A stretch of DNA of 62,156 nucleotides, filler included. It is 12 parts of 12 records of this genome, joined end to end, with 100 filler letters (N's around TTAATTAATTAA, not from the genome) between each part and the next. Parts side by side here need not be neighbours in the genome. Positions count along the whole stretch, not along the records: positions 17,458 to 24,390 come from SRR15195285_5786; positions 24,491 to 28,830 come from SRR15195285_5797; positions 28,931 to 32,791 come from SRR15195285_5799; positions 32,892 to 36,943 come from SRR15195285_5801; 8 more parts are not named here. One strand, given 5' to 3'. The notes under the pieces were generated by a model, which had not been told where the DNA came from, ran no database searches, and saw nothing but the letters and a program-made list of their open reading frames with translations. A program made the translations under genes and the position numbers. This document shows positions 21,839-33,061 of this stretch, one piece after another (positions within the stretch are counted from its first letter, which is position 1; each line of letters begins with the position of its first letter).

Positions 21839-24390
21839 ATGAACGACCGCATGGCCGAACTGCAGGCGGACTGGACGCCGGGGGAGTGGCCGGACGATGC
21901 AGCCGGCACTGGTGCGAGAGAGCAGCATGATGAGCCAGGCTGCTATGGCCGTGTGACCGCCTGATCTTGGCTTGACCGTAAACGCTTGCTGGTGCTGGTG
22001 CGCTTGCTGGTGCTGGTGCTGTCGCAGGCGCGGAGTTCAGCAACCCTGCCTTTGTCGAAGGCTCCGCATTCGACGACGCAGAGCTTGCTGGGCCCCAGGT
22101 TTCGAGCGATGAGGTACGCCTGAGCGCTCGCCCCCGACGTCTCGCCCCCGACGCTAGAACAGCGCGGCCTCGGGCTCTTTCAAACATCCTTCATTCAAAC
22201 AACGCTCACACCTGCGCGCGATGAACTACGCTGTTAGGACACGACCGACCACATCAGCGTGGTCGTGACCGTATCACTGGATCGTGGCGACGAATCGCAC
22301 ACGCTGTTCGTTTCACAGCACAGCAAAGTGCAAGAACTGCGCGCCATGATCGGGCGCTGCGCCGGGGTGCACGCCGACGGCTTTCAATTGAAAGCGCTTG
22401 ATGTGGACGACTGGGGGATCGACTTCAGCAACGAGTTCGAGTCACTGACATCTCTAGGGGTGCACAACAAAATGCAGCTGATAGCCACGGGTGCGACACT
22501 TTCCACGAGCTCGCCACCTTCCACGCCGCCGCGCATCGGCGGAGGTCACGACGATATCGAGAACGCGGGCTACACGCGAGTTAGTTCGACCGGGAGTACG
22601 GGTGTGAACTTTCCGGGTGACTGTACACCGCCGTCGCGGCAGCGCACTGGTGGCGTCGGAGTGAGCACTGGAGTAGGCACTAGCACTGGCGGCTCTTGGG
22701 TGTCCAACTGGAACAAGAAGGCAGACTGCGGATTCGTCGGGCTGTCGAACCAGGGCGCCACGTGCTACCTGAACTCGCTGCTCCAGTCGCTCTTCATGAC
22801 CTACGAGCTACGGAAGGGCCTATACCAGTGGGAATATGACGACCAAAAGTACGAGGCATTGGAAGAATGCGTCCCTGCACAGCTACAGCGGCTGTTCGTT
22901 AACCTGCAGACATCGGAAGAGCGAGCGGTCGAGACAACAGCACTAACCGCAGCCTTTGGCTGGACAGACGCGGATGCGTTCGAGCAGCAGGACGTAAACG
23001 AGCTGCTCGTCATCTTGTACGACGCGCTGGAGCAAAAGTTCAAGGGGACGCCGCAGGCAGGCCTCATCAAAGCATTGTACTCGGGCGAGTACGACGACTG
23101 CGTTATATGCAAGTGCTGCGGAAACAAAGCAGGTAATCAAGCTGTACGAAGATTGCGCTCGAATCACTCCATAGAAGCTAACGTGTGCGTGCCGGCGCTT
23201 AACTTGGTGCACAGGTGCCGGTGCTAGTGGGTTTACGTCTCTAGACTTAGCTATCAGCGAGTTTGGTTCTACCGAGAAAATCGGCTCGATCCAAGAGGGC
23301 CTGAGGCAATATTTCAAGAGTGAAATTCTCGACGGGGACAACCAGTACCACTGCGAGAAATGTGAGGAAGACGGTCGCGGCCCAAAGCAGGACGCGGAGA
23401 AAGGTCTGAAGCTATCAAAGGTGCCGTACATCTTGTCGATTGGTCTCAAGCGTTTTGACTACGACTGGGAGCGCGACTGTCGGATCAAGGTTGATGATGA
23501 GGTCATCTTCCCGGACGTGTTGGACATGGCAGAGTTTCTGGACATGGAACCCGCTCCAGCACCAGAGCCAGAGTCGGCGCCCGCTCTGCAGCCTGAGACG
23601 AGCTCTAGTGGCGAGGTTGTAGAGGTTGGTGCGGGGGTCGAGGAGGGCACGCCGCCTGTCGAGCACTGTGGCTTCGGTACGCGTGGATTTTCATCTGCCT
23701 ACACGCCCCATCGTTGGCGTTGATCCGGATTGATCTGTCCACCACTGTGCCTTGGATGTGTGCCATTGTGCAGGGAAAGACGGTGCAGAGATCCGGGCAG
23801 CGGACGTAGAAACAGCTAGAGCGAACGGCAAGCTTGAGTACGAGCTCTTTGCTGTGCTGATACACTCCGGTTCAGCCATCGGCGGCCACTACTACTGCTA
23901 CTGCCGCGACGGTGAGGGTTCCTGGTATGAGTTCAACGACGCGTCGATCTCTGAGATAGATGAAGAGGAGGTTGGCAAAGCTTATGGCGGGACGACAACT
24001 AATCGTCGTGGTGGGTATAGCTGGTCGTATGCGTCCAGTGCGTCAGCTTACATGCTGATGTACCGACGCAAGGATGACGCCCTAAATATCAACGCAGTCG
24101 AGAAGGACGACCTGCCAGCTCGGCTGTCAGAGGAAATTGCGGCCGCCGCAGCCAAGGAGGCTGAAGCCAGGGCAGAAGAAGCTGCTGAAAATGAGCGCAG
24201 GCGAACATTGCTAGAGTACAATAAGGCGTACAGCGACAACCGTGCTGCTGATGTCGACATTCCGAAAACATCGACGTTGTCTGAGACGGTAACACTGCTT
24301 CGAGCGGAGCTGGTACGAGCCTAATTGTACTCGCATAGTCCTTGGAGCTGATATATTTGACAGAAAAGCTGGTTGTGTGCACAGGCCGTG
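21839..24390 (+). CDS. Ubiquitin-specific protease (USP47/USP7-like C19) with N-terminal ubiquitin-like domain; 3' truncated
   Basis: Exons 21839-21911, 22028-22113, 22238-23132, 23215-23676, 23774-24312, then the contig ends. Cys box GFVGLSNQGATCYLNSLLQSL, FEQQDVNE, LDGDNQYHCEKC, LKRFDYD; His box HSGSAIGGHYY, WYEFND. The first exons are less certain. Confidence 0.9.
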
Positions 24391-24490
24391 NNNNNNNNNN
24401 NNNNNNNNNNNNNNNNNNNNNNNNNNNNNNNNNNTTAATTAATTAANNNNNNNNNNNNNNNNNNNNNNNNNNNNNNNNNNNNNNNNNNNN
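24391..24490. other. Artificial contig spacer
   Basis: N44-TTAATTAATTAA-N44. Confidence 0.99.
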
Positions 24491-26871
24491 TTGACCTCCT
24501 TGAGCTCTTCAGGTGTTAGGTCCGGCGTGAGGGTCGACTGCATCTGATCGAGCAGGAGGTGCGTCGCGTTGCAGCCGATGAGCGTGCGCTCGCGCCCGTC
24601 CGGGGACGCCAGCACGCTGACGCTTGCCGCCGCCGGGGCGCCGCCTACCGTAATCTGCGCTGAGCCTTCATCGTCGTCGATGTGCACGGTGCATGTGAAT
24701 TGGATCTCGAGCTGCCTGCCTCTAACCGGCAGACACGCGGCTGTCTTCGGCGCTGGCCCCGCCACGTGGAAGTGGTCGTCCGGCTTGCGGAGGGAGGCAA
24801 GCTCAGGGACGGGCACCATCCGCAGGCTGCCGTCCGGCCGCAGGGAGAGATCACGCGGCAGGACCTGCGAACCAAACGCCTCCATCACTGGCCACGTCGG
24901 CCCTGCTGCTGGAGCCTCCTCCGAATGGCTGTCGGAATTATCCACTGAGAGAGCCCGCCGACGCCAGGGACCTTGCCACAGCACACCACGAAAACTTGAG
25001 GTTACAATCTGCACAGGCGGAAATACCTTGCACTGGCAACAGTGGGCAACCTGCTCTTCTGTTTGTCTACTACCTACACGCTGCTGTTCTGTCCGCATGA
25101 TTGTGTCAGCACAAGAGATTGAATGTGCTGTTTTTACCTTCTGCACCATTCGCGCCTTGGCGGCTCCATGGCATGTTCCAGCCGAAGAAAACTCGACGAC
25201 CAGTCGGATCATTGGCCGCATTGCCGCCCGTTTTCCCAGCCGCAACGTACCCATAATCCAGCACACCAATGGTCCCCGGAGTCGTTGTGTCAGGAACGAA
25301 CACCGTCCCGTTGAAGTCGCCAATCATATACTCGTCCCAGTGGTGCTGGCCGCCGGTGACCCAGTGACTCCCTTGCAGAATTTTGCTTGTCACAAACATC
25401 CACTTGCCGTTCGGTCCGATTGGAAAGAAATCACTGCGGCATCCGACATATTATGCAGAGTGCGCGTGGACACAGGCGGACAAGCGGGTGTCAACGCATT
25501 CGTCGCGAAATGGGGGCTTGCTAGTACCAGATAGTATAGCTCCTGCTACGGCTGCTATACGTAGCAGCAGAGCAGGCGTTTGACTAGTTCTCGCTGCCGC
25601 GTAGACTTGACTTACGGGCATTCGAACATGTTGCTGATCGAGTGCATCGGGCAGGTCGGGCAGTCGCGCATCTCGCTCGCCCAGGTGTTGTCATTGCGTA
25701 GAGTGCGCCCCGCAGTCTGGTTCGTGGCGTAGATAGCGTTGACGAAATTCCAATCGGTAAGCGTCGAGTTCGTCGCCTTGTACAACCGCAGCTCGCCCTG
25801 CATCCACGGGTTGTTGCAAAGCGGGCAGTCTAGGATTGCCGGAGCTGCGGCGGTGCTGGCGTTCTTGCCAGCCCCGAGAACGATGAACCACTCGCCCTTG
25901 AACTTGAACGGCCGCGCCGGGTCGCCGTTGCGAAAGACATTCTTCGGGCCCATACCGTGGGCAGAGTGCGGATCGCCCTGGCCCAGGTCAGCGCCGGACC
26001 AGTGGGACATGTACGGGTCGCTCTTGAGGTCAGTGAAGTGGTAGCCACCGCCAAATGTAACCGCAAGGCCAGCATCGGTCACGCCGATCCCGCCGGTTTC
26101 GCCGAAGCGGATGTTCGTCGGGCGGCGAGTCCAACGCACGAGGTCCGGACTAGTGTAGACGCTGCCGCCCTGCGGACCGCCCGAGCCGTCCGGAAACACA
26201 AACCAGGTGCCGTTGATCTCGATGCACCCGCTCGGATCCGATTGCCGGTAGGGACCGTCGTTGAGGTGGTAGCGGGGCGACATGGCGGTCGAGGCCACGC
26301 CCTGTGGAGGCGGAGGCGCAGGCGAGGGACCGGCACCGACGCCAGCCGGCGGGCGGCAGGACCCAGGGCGCGTGGCGTTGACCACTCCCATGCAGTTCGC
26401 GAAGCCCGTCCACAGATCAACAATCAGGTTGTAGCCGTCGATTGCCGCATACTGCTGGTCGTCGTCGTCCGCGATGCAGTTGTAGAACTGCAGGTTTTTG
26501 CTCATGCCATCCGCGTCCATGCACTCCGTCCCGTCTGTCAGCACGCTGAGGTCACGGACCAGCGCTCGATTGTGCTCGCTGTGCAAGCTCAGCTGCAGGG
26601 GTTTCCCCACACTGCATTCATCCACGTACAGGTAGGACCCCTTGGGCCAGCCCTTGTATAGGCAGAGGTCCGGCCTCGCCTTCAGCCTCAGCTCCGAGGC
26701 TGCATTGAAGACGTGGCCACCGTGGCCAGCTGAACGCGGCTCCCAGAGCCACTGCTGCGACGCCGCCTCGCTGGAATCGCATGCGCACAGCTGCACCGGC
26801 ATCTTAGTCTCGACGCCCTGCACCGCATCCATCAGCGCGGCGAGGCCCAGCGCACCGAGCAGGAGGGCCAT
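24491..26871 (-). CDS. Secreted GH32-like glycoside hydrolase with N-terminal ricin-B-like lectin; 3' truncated
   Basis: Signal peptide MALLLGALGLAAL; ricin-like QLCACD...QQW and QFYNC...DQQY. GH32 motifs PRYH...QSDPSG, FRNGDP, MFECP|DFFP, LDYG, RRVFFGW, QVLPRDL, PVPELASLR. Introns 25615-25434 and 25137-24972. Confidence 0.85.
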
Positions 26872-27234
26872 CTGCTTCGGCTGCCGCTCTGCGTGGCGGC
26901 CTCGCGCGCTAAATTTTTGGCTAATTCAAACTGATTATCGGCGCGCGGGGTTCATAACCCACGGCGCGGCGCGGACGGCGGTTTGCGCAATTTGCGTGCG
27001 GTGCGGCCGCACGCGTGCGGCGCGGTACGGTGCCGGCGCGGTATCTGCTCAGCCAGTGCCCCCTGCCCCGCGCCGGCCGCGGTCGCGTCGCGCGTGGACG
27101 CGATTTTCGACGGCGACCGGCGTCTTCCTTTTTCCACCACGCGTTCGGTTTTCTCGCGTGCTGTTCGCCGTACAGGAGCGCCCCAAGCTCGCCTGTACCG
27201 CGAGCTCACTCTCTGCGCCCCAGACGCAACACCG

Positions 27235-28581
27235 ATGCCAGCAGCCGCACCGCTCACACTGCTCGTCGTCGCGGCCAGCAGCAGCGCCAGCAGCAGCGGC
27301 CCAGCGCAGGCCCAGCGCTGGACGCTCGTCAACAGGACGCAGGGCGCCGTGCTCGGCCCACATCTTGCGGGCGAGCACGGCATCCGCAGCGGCTTCGAGG
27401 GCGGCCAGTATTTCCGCACGGAGGACGGAGTGTATCACTACTTTGCCACCGAGATGGTCAACGACGGCAGTGAGATGTGGGTCGGCACGCGTGGTGGCCA
27501 CTGGACGGCGACAGACCCCTCCGTCCCGGACGTCGCTGCACAGAAGGCCGGCTGCACGACGACACGCCAGCCGTGCCCCGGTCACCAGGGGCGGAGCTAC
27601 TGCCCCTCGGATAAGACGTCCGGTCAGTGCGACAAGCCACTGACGCCCGGGCCCTGCCCTCCCTGCCCTCCAGCGCCGCCCACGCCGCAGCCCACGAAGA
27701 AGCACGGGGGCTGGCAGCGGCAGGGGACCCTGTTCAATTCGAGCGGCATCTTCAATGGCTCCGACCGTGCCGGCGCCAAGTGGGCGCCGATGGTCAACTA
27801 CGGGTGGAGCCCCGAGAACAAGAGCGACGTCTACACGCTCTGGTATGTTGGCTATCGCACGGGCGCTCTGCCGAACAGCTCCACGCCAAGTGGGCACTGG
27901 GCAAACTGGGACGGCCAGGTGCGGCGCATGGTCTCGACCGTCGCCGGAAACAGCTCCGCTGCGCTTGCTGGGCCGTACGTCGACATGGGCGTCGTGTTTG
28001 ACACCGAGCAGCCTGACGTGGCTTCCTTCGAGGGCCTGCAAGGAGATGATTCTGTGAACTGCTACCAGCTACAGAACGGCTCCTGGATCATGTTCGTCGG
28101 CACGACCCTCGACGCCTGCCCGGACAAGAGCTCGCCACGGCAAGGCTGCAAGCAGGGGTTCCAGCGAAACGGTCGCACAGTGGCATTCGCGAGTAGCCCG
28201 ACTCTCGGCGGGCCGTGGAAGCGGCTTGGCATGCAGCAGACGACAATCCAGCCACTTCCGACAGGCACTGGGTCGAAAAAGTCAGGCATGGACCCAAACA
28301 TGGAGAACCCGGTGGTTACGAAGAGCCCCTGGCAGACGGGTTACCACGCTGTCTACGCTGACTTGCTGAACGGTAGCATCGGCATCACTTTCTCTGCGAG
28401 TGGCGAGCCATCGAACTGGACAATCGGGCAGCACCTGCCGATCCGAGGTCGCACTGGACTTGGCTTGGTGCCAGAGCCCACGGTGTGTCGCGGCTGCTAC
28501 AGCATCATGTACACGGCGAGCCGAGTTTACTACGCGATGGTGCGGAATGAAAACGAGGCGAAGGGGATGCTCGGGGCATGA
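27235..28581 (+). CDS. Secreted protein, probable five-bladed beta-propeller glycosidase-like fold, with a small Cys-rich insert
   Basis: Signal-like MPAAAPLTLLVVAASS; GFEGG, YHYFATE, WAPM, LAGPY.D.G, GLQGDDS, S.TLGGPWKR, MENP. Intronless. The fold is inferred. Confidence 0.65.
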   Translation: MPAAAPLTLLVVAASSSASSSGPAQAQRWTLVNRTQGAVLGPHLAGEHGIRSGFEGGQYFRTEDGVYHYFATEMVNDGSEMWVGTRGGHWTATDPSVPDVAAQKAGCTTTRQPCPGHQGRSYCPSDKTSGQCDKPLTPGPCPPCPPAPPTPQPTKKHGGWQRQGTLFNSSGIFNGSDRAGAKWAPMVNYGWSPENKSDVYTLWYVGYRTGALPNSSTPSGHWANWDGQVRRMVSTVAGNSSAALAGPYVDMGVVFDTEQPDVASFEGLQGDDSVNCYQLQNGSWIMFVGTTLDACPDKSSPRQGCKQGFQRNGRTVAFASSPTLGGPWKRLGMQQTTIQPLPTGTGSKKSGMDPNMENPVVTKSPWQTGYHAVYADLLNGSIGITFSASGEPSNWTIGQHLPIRGRTGLGLVPEPTVCRGCYSIMYTASRVYYAMVRNENEAKGMLGA

Positions 28582-28830
28582 TGGATCGGGGACACACAAC
28601 ACAGGTTCAGCAACGTATACGAGCGCGCAGATGCCGAGCAAGAAAGTACGCGCCCGCCAGCGCAAAGTTGCCAAGACACGTACGGCGGCCTCGTGCTGCT
28701 ATGGTACTCAAATCATTTCACCAAATCCCCATCAACTGGACCCAACTCAGACTCTGCATGTACATTCAGACTCACTCACAACACTAAAACACAACCTGGG
28801 CACTGACACCGGGCATAAGGCCTTATGCCC

Positions 28831-28930
28831 NNNNNNNNNNNNNNNNNNNNNNNNNNNNNNNNNNNNNNNNNNNNTTAATTAATTAANNNNNNNNNNNNNN
28901 NNNNNNNNNNNNNNNNNNNNNNNNNNNNNN
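28831..28930. other. Artificial contig spacer
   Basis: N44-TTAATTAATTAA-N44. Confidence 0.99.
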
Positions 28931-29038
28931 TTGGCACCGATCATATATGGGCTATGCTTGCCCCCCTGTACCCAGGTACGTACTAGATCTAGATCTAGTA
29001 CCTAGAGGTAGTAAATCACCCCAAGTTCTGCGAACTGA

Positions 29039-29115
29039 GCATGTCTGGGGGTGTCTCATTTTCACTGGTGAATACGGTATGCGGGCGCCGTCCACGAAGT
29101 TCCCGTGGACAGATT
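29039..29115. repeat. Dispersed non-coding element, copy A (homologous to 42407-42482)
   Basis: Hand alignment to copy B: 29/36 identities in the 5' block and 24/28 in the 3' block. Contains the hairpin GTCCACG-aagttcc-CGTGGAC. Confidence 0.75.
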
Positions 29116-29185
29116 TTGCCCCAGCAAGGATTGAATTCCCGTGCTTTTGCTTCCGTGGGCCCAAACGGTCGCGTCCGAACCATCG

Positions 29186-29221
29186 ATGCGGTGGATGGTC
29201 CCAATGCGATGGATGGTCCCA
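29186..29221. repeat. 18-nt tandem duplication
   Basis: atgcggtggatggtccca / atgcgatggatggtccca, one mismatch. Confidence 0.8.
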
Positions 29222-29453
29222 ATCCGCGGGTGACCTGGCTGGTGGCTGCTGCAGCTGAGTGCTTCAACGCCGCCGCCGCGCCGGCCGGGCGCGTCGCGCG
29301 CGTGCGCGCGCGGCAGCGCGTGCTCGCGTGCGCGCAGCGCGTGCTGCAGTCGGCTCCGTCGATGTAACCGGTCGCTAGGTGCGATGTGGTTCAGCTGAGC
29401 TAGCCGCAGTGCGGCGGAGTCGATCCATCCCGGGCCATCCATCCGCGTCCGCC

Positions 29454-31682
29454 ATGGAGCAGCAGGGGTTCGGAGGGATGGTGGCCGAAGCGGCGGGCTA
29501 CAGAAGCCGACGAAGCCGCAAAAATGGCGGGGCTGCGTCCACGCGGGGATCGGTGCTGGGCGGTGATCATGCGGACGCTGAAACGCGCTTCGACATCGAT
29601 AGCCCGTGGCTGCACGGGAAAGATGTGGAGAAGCTGCGCGCCATCCGCGAGCAGCTGTCGTCGAGCACCCGCATCACGACCGAGATCAAGACGTCGCTAG
29701 CCGAGTTTGACCACAAGCTTACTGGCTTGGAGAAGTTGGTGAAGCCAGTGCAGGACGAAACTCGGATGCTCAAGAACGCACACACGAACATCCAGCGCTC
29801 GCTCTCGAGCATGGAGTCCGTTGCTGCTCACTTCCGCACGGCTGCAGATGTCTCCACCACGCTCCGTGGCCAGGGTCTCCGCGGCAGCTCAACGCAGCAC
29901 AGTGGAGCGACGTACAACAAGTATCTGCGGGATGTAGACAGGGTCAAGGCCTCGATGGACTACTTCCGCGGGTCTGCCGCGTCGTTCAAGAGCGCACCCG
30001 AGGCGGCACGTGAACTCGATGCCCTGTACTCACACGCGATGGAGGAGTGCCTGCAGGAATACACGAACATACTGCAGGCCGAGAGCAGCCGTCCGACAGA
30101 CTTGCGCGAGGACACGCTCACAGGAGACACGAGTGGCCTGGTCGTGATCCGGCATGACGCGCTAGTGCACCTGCAGGCGCTGTGTCCACGGCTACAATCG
30201 AGTGGCACCGTCGAGCATGAACAGCTCTACGCCCGAGTGCGTGGCGATTGGATTGTCGCGACGTTGGCAACGTCAGTGGAAGGCATGATCGGCAGCGCCG
30301 AGCTGCTTACCAGGGCAGCACAGCGATACCAACGCGGGAGCCATCCGATGATTGGCTATATGGACAGCTGTCTGCGCTTGCTGCAAGCCGAGCAGGCCGT
30401 CGTCGAGGCACTGTTTGGAGAAGCGTCGGCATCCGAGCGGGTGTTCGGCAAAACTTGCGAGCCGGCAATGCAGCAGTTGGCATACCAGGCGAGGGAAATG
30501 ATCGAGCTTGGCTATGGAGATTCAGCGAAAGCCAAGCCTGCTGCAGTTGCCGACCAGCTTTTTGTTGCGTTGGACCTGTTCGAGCACTCGAGCCGACAGG
30601 CCGCGGACTTCGAGACCGTGCTCCGTAGCTGCGATCGTGGCTCTAGAGAGTCGTGTATGAGCTTGGTATCCAAGGCAAAACGCGGCTTTCATGGCAGCGC
30701 AGAGCATTCGTTTCGCGGTTTCTTTGCGCTCCTCCAGGATCAGGCAGCATGGGATCGAAGTCCTGCCGAGGGCGCTACTGTCCACGAGCTCACGACGACG
30801 ACGCTGAGCTTTGCGCGTCGGCTGCTCGGCTACACTGACATCCTGGAAGGCTCAGACCTCAGCCCACTCCTGCTAGCGGTGGTCGGCGGTGATGTGAGAT
30901 CCGCCAGCGTGCCTGGTGCACTGCGCTCGGCGCTTCAGATAGGCGCGCATTATATGCTGCAGCATTCCACAAGAGGGTACAAAAGTGGCGGTGGGCGCGA
31001 GGAACTGTCTGGCCTGTTTGCGCTGAACAATCTCGTCTATATTGCACGCAGCGTGCGGGCAGAGCCGCAGCTGGGCCGTCTTGTCGGCGAGGAGTTCATG
31101 CTGGCTCTGAAACAAAATAGGCGTAGACTTGTAAAGGAGTTCACTAACGCACGATGGGGAAACATTGCAGAGATCCTGAGAGGTAGCGAGCAGAGCGAGG
31201 GCGGAGCGGAGCCGCTGCTGGGGAAGAACCAGGCAGCGATGAAAAAGGAACTCAAATCGAGATTCAAAGCGATCAATGCGATGTTCACTCGAGGTGAGTG
31301 CCAAGTTTCTCGGTGCATCCACCTGCAGCGGTAGCAGCAGGATTTCTTCGTTCGGACCAAGGAATGTGTGCGCTTGGGTACTAATTATGCTTTCTGTCGC
31401 TGATTGCCAATCTGCACAGCATCGGCTACAGCGGCTGGTGTGGGCCCAGCGCGTGTTTCAGGAGATCGCTACACAATACCCGAGAGGGAGCTACGGGTGG
31501 AGCTGTGCAAAGCAGCGGTAGACCGGGTGCTTCCTGCCTACACTGCTTTCTTTGAGCGTTTCAGCACGTTCGGCTTCTCCAACCCTGCAAAGCACGTGAA
31601 GTTCGAGCCGAAGGAGATCGAAGCAGCGTTGCGAAACTACTACCAGACACCACAAGATCAGGCGCCGCGCCTGACTGTATAA
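29454..31682 (+). CDS. EXO70: Exocyst complex subunit Exo70
   Basis: L..FDHKL..LE..VKP...T..LK.AH.NI N-terminus; GATVHELT; LFALNNLVYI; KELKSRFKAIN; YTIPERELRVEL...VLPAYTAFFERF...NPAKHVKF. One intron from 31294, acceptor 31419 or 31461. Confidence 0.9.
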
Positions 31683-32061
31683 TGCAGAGTTCCTGCATCA
31701 GCGTCATGACCGCAGCTTTTTCGTACGATCTAGTCAAAGCAACCCAGTGATCCCAGATAGCATGACTACCGCCCGGTGCCTCAAGACGCTGCCAGCTCGC
31801 GGTCCCGGCTCTACAGGTGCAAAGACTCGAGCTGGCACGTGCTACAGCTGGAACGGCGTGCAGACTGTGCGGCCATCTCCTGGCTCAGCTGGTGCAGTCG
31901 GGGCTGCACGCGCTGTTGCGCTGAGATCAGAGCTGCGATTCAAGAGTGTCTAGCGCGATCGGTACCTGCACGACCCAGCCAGTCCACCTGCCAGAGTTGG
32001 CTCGACGAGGCCGCACACATATACAGCGTACAATGCGGAGAAAATGCAGAGCACAGCAGAT

Positions 32062-32394
32062 TTAGTAGTCATCACCACCGAAGCCACCCATGTCAACCTC
32101 AACCTCCTCAGACGTCGTCTTCTTTTTCTCTTCAGCAGCGTCATCACCGCCGCCGCCGCCACCGCCGCCACCACCACCGCCGCCGCCGCCGCCGCCAGCA
32201 CCCAAATCCTTCATTTTCTCAGCGCCCGCCGCCAGCACTTCGGCCAGGTCCTTGCCGTCCATGTCGCCGCAGAGCGCCTTGGCAGCGTCCTCGTCCATTT
32301 CCACACCCGCAGCCGCGGCAATCGCACCCATGTTGGCGGAGTTCGCGGGCTTGCCAGCCAGCTGGCACAGCATGTACATGGCTGCTTCCTTCAT
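32062..32394 (-). CDS. RPLP2: 60S acidic ribosomal protein P2
   Basis: 110 aa: MK.AAMYML..LAG, GVE.D, GKDLAEVLAAG.EK, Gly hinge, acidic tail EEKKK...EEVEVDMGGFGGDDY. Confidence 0.88.
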   Translation of the reverse strand: MKEAAMYMLCQLAGKPANSANMGAIAAAAGVEMDEDAAKALCGDMDGKDLAEVLAAGAEKMKDLGAGGGGGGGGGGGGGGGGGDDAAEEKKKTTSEEVEVDMGGFGGDDY

Positions 32395-32791
32395 CTCGGC
32401 TAGGGTCGCTTTTGTGGCGCTATTCTCCGCGCAAAGGCTGCAGCTTCAACCCCCAGGCGCGCTCAGCCGGCGGCTCCGGCCGGGAGTCAAGTGTCTGCCC
32501 TGGTCGAGAGAGAACGATCAGAGAAAACGATTGCCGAATCGATCACCGGTATTTGTACAATTCTGCAGAAGCCATTCAGTACGATACGCACGTGTACATC
32601 ATGCATCAATGGTACATCATACTTTATGGATCGATAGTACACGTAGCCCGTACAGTACTGTACTACTGGTACGTGGTAGTAGTAGTAGTACAAAATACGG
32701 CTGGATTTATGTAAACTGCTGTTGGTCAGGACAAACGAAGAGTTCCACACTCGGAAGCGCCCGACGCAACTGCGACGGCTCGGTATCCTAC

Positions 32792-32891
32792 NNNNNNNNN
32801 NNNNNNNNNNNNNNNNNNNNNNNNNNNNNNNNNNNTTAATTAATTAANNNNNNNNNNNNNNNNNNNNNNNNNNNNNNNNNNNNNNNNNNNN
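32792..32891. other. Artificial contig spacer
   Basis: N44-TTAATTAATTAA-N44. Confidence 0.99.
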
Positions 32892-33061
32892 AGAATTATC
32901 GTACAAAAGTTGGCCGGATTCGCGAGCGCGTGCATGTACCGTAGCGAGCGTCGGTCTCGCGCGCGCGCGTGCCCGCGCGGTATCTCTAGCTAGCTAGAGA
33001 GACCTCTGGAGTGTATCCTACCGCGCTGAGAGGCACGCGCAGCTCACAAACACCCGCCAGC

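Noticed and set aside
21131-22187. Minus-strand 265-aa and 261-aa ORFs
   Set aside because: Low-complexity shadow ORFs over repeats and antisense to the USP exons; no motifs.
24569-28041. Long antisense or alternative-frame ORFs (321, 333 and 330 aa)
   Set aside because: They overlap well-supported genes; this is expected in GC-rich DNA with few stop codons.
31776-32791. Poly-Pro and poly-Arg/His plus-strand ORFs
   Set aside because: Antisense reading of the RPLP2 poly-Gly hinge.
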